64,000 nt of DNA, from positions 6,698,001 through 6,762,000 of the forward strand of contig CM075994.1 of NCBI GenBank assembly GCA_038087875.1, written 5' to 3'. Position 1 is the stretch's first letter. The number at the start of each line of letters is the position of its first letter. The DNA is from Malacoraja senta. Its lineage: Eukaryota. Shown here one piece after another: positions 62,495 to 64,000 of the stretch. The position numbers were made by a program, and so were the translations under genes. A model generated the notes under the pieces. That model did not search any database, was not told the origin of the DNA, and worked only from the letters and a program-made list of their open reading frames with translations.

Positions 62495-62955
62495 GAGTTG
62501 AGTTTAGTGTCACATGTATCGAGGTACAGTGAAGAGCTTTTGCTGCGTGCTACCCAGCCGGCGGAAAGACAATACATGATTGCAATCGAGCCATTTACAG
62601 TGTATAGATACATGATAAGGGAATAACGTTTAGTGCAAGGTAAAGCCAGCAAAGTCCAATCAAGGATAGTCTGAGGGTCGCCATGAGGTAGATAGTTGTT
62701 CAGGACTGCTCTCTGGTTGTGGTAGGATGGTTCAGTTGCCTGATAACAGCTGGGAAGAAACTGTCCCCGAATCGGGAGGTGAGTGTTTTCACACTTCTAT
62801 ACCTTTTGCCCGACGGGAGAGGGGAGAAGAGGGAAGGCCAGGGTTGCGACTGGTCCTTGATTATGCTGCTGGCCTTGCCGAGGCAGCGTGAGGTGTGGAT
62901 GGAGTAGACGGAAGGGAGGTTGGTTTGTGCGATGGTCTGGGCTGCGTCCGCAACT
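62495..62955 (-). mobile_element. Rex1/Babar-type LINE 3' fragment
   Basis: SRCLGKASSIIKD..PLPSGKRYRSVKTLTSRFGDSFFPAVIRQLN. Confidence 0.88.
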
Positions 62956-63664
62956 CCCAAAAAGAGATTTCTTGCGGGTGCCCTGGTGCAAGAGACACCC
63001 TTGCACATTGACACAAGGATGCCAATGGAGCGACTGCCAAAACAGGCCCAGAATGGCCAGGCCCTTTCTTTAAAAAAGTATATCACAGCGACCATAGACT
63101 CACAGAACTGCCTCTGGAACCCCTGATAGTTACACACAACACACGTATTCATAGTAAATCTTCCAACACCGTAGATTCACCAGAAACCGCACACTTCTCC
63201 GTTCCGTCCACAGCTGGATTTTCAGCGCGAGATAGACCACTTTGAAGATATTTCAGTCACATGAAATCATCCCAATTGACTCTCTCTCTATCTCTCTCTC
63301 TCCGAACCTGGGGTCTGAAACACTAACCAGCAACTCCCCCTCCCCACCCCACCCACACCCCCCGTTCAAAGTTAACCCAGCCTTTGACCGCATTACAGTC
63401 ACGCACACACACACACAACATGCACACACACATACACACGCACGCAGTCTTGATTAGTACGGGTGTCAGGGGTGATGGGGAGAAGCAGGAGAATGGGGTT
63501 AGGAGGGGAGAGATAGATTAGCCATGATTGAATGGCGGAGTAGACGATGGGCCGAATGGCCTATTTCTGCTCCGAGAACGGACAGGAGGAGGAGAGGGGG
63601 GAGGGAGTGGGAGAGGGAGAGGGAGAGGGGAGAGGGAGAGGGAGAGGGAGAGGGAGAGGGAGAG

Positions 63665-63975
63665 AGGCAGCATCTCTGGAGAGAAGGAATGGGTGATGTT
63701 TTTCGGGTCGAGACCCTTCTTCACATTGAAAGATAGAGGTGGGGGGAAAAGTGGGGAGGAAACTGGAAGTGGGCAAAAGCCAGAACAAATCAGAGCTGGC
63801 AAGAGGTGAGCCCAGGAAGCGTGTACCCCATAATCGCACATTGTTGGCTGGGGAAGAGGTGAGAACAAGAGGGATATAAGGATGTGAACAGTGGGATGAC
63901 AAGGGTGGGGGAGAGGGCGGGCTGGGGGGACAGGATGGAATGCAACAGTTACGTGAAATTAGGGAAATCAATGTT
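63665..63975 (-). mobile_element. Degenerate Penelope 3' terminus, preceded by a (GAGAGG)n repeat at 63585-63665
   Basis: Mutated hammerhead motif near 63695-63725. Confidence 0.65.
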
Positions 63976-64000
63976 TGCACCTCAAATGATGTTTGGCGTT

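Overview
Repeat-saturated vertebrate genomic DNA, most likely from a cartilaginous fish (skate or ray), judged from the HE1-type V-SINEs and CR1 LINEs. There is one 200-N assembly gap (40061-40260). The only host gene visible is the 3' end of a TALE-homeobox PBX gene on the minus strand, most like PBX2: its last three coding exons lie at 32646-32734, 30368-30452 and 29022-29115, followed by a long inferred 3' UTR. Exons 8 and 9 each carry one extra G in a homopolymer, and the upstream (homeodomain) exons were not found. Most of the remainder is mobile DNA: a decayed BEL/Pao LTR retrotransposon (1-6.8 kb), Penelope-like elements (RT plus GIY-YIG), CR1 and Rex1/Babar-type LINE fragments, roughly 30 V-SINEs, four TIR DNA transposons, and micro/minisatellites. 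Several AT-rich unique islands look like conserved non-coding enhancers. The most interesting signals are (i) many minimal hammerhead ribozyme cores in Penelope-derived termini, often arranged as short fold-back units with a core on each strand, and (ii) a retained PBX1b-type stop codon that predicts an exon-7-skipped short isoform of a PBX2-like gene. All calls were made by eye, and repeat boundaries are approximate unless a TIR, TSD or splice site is quoted.
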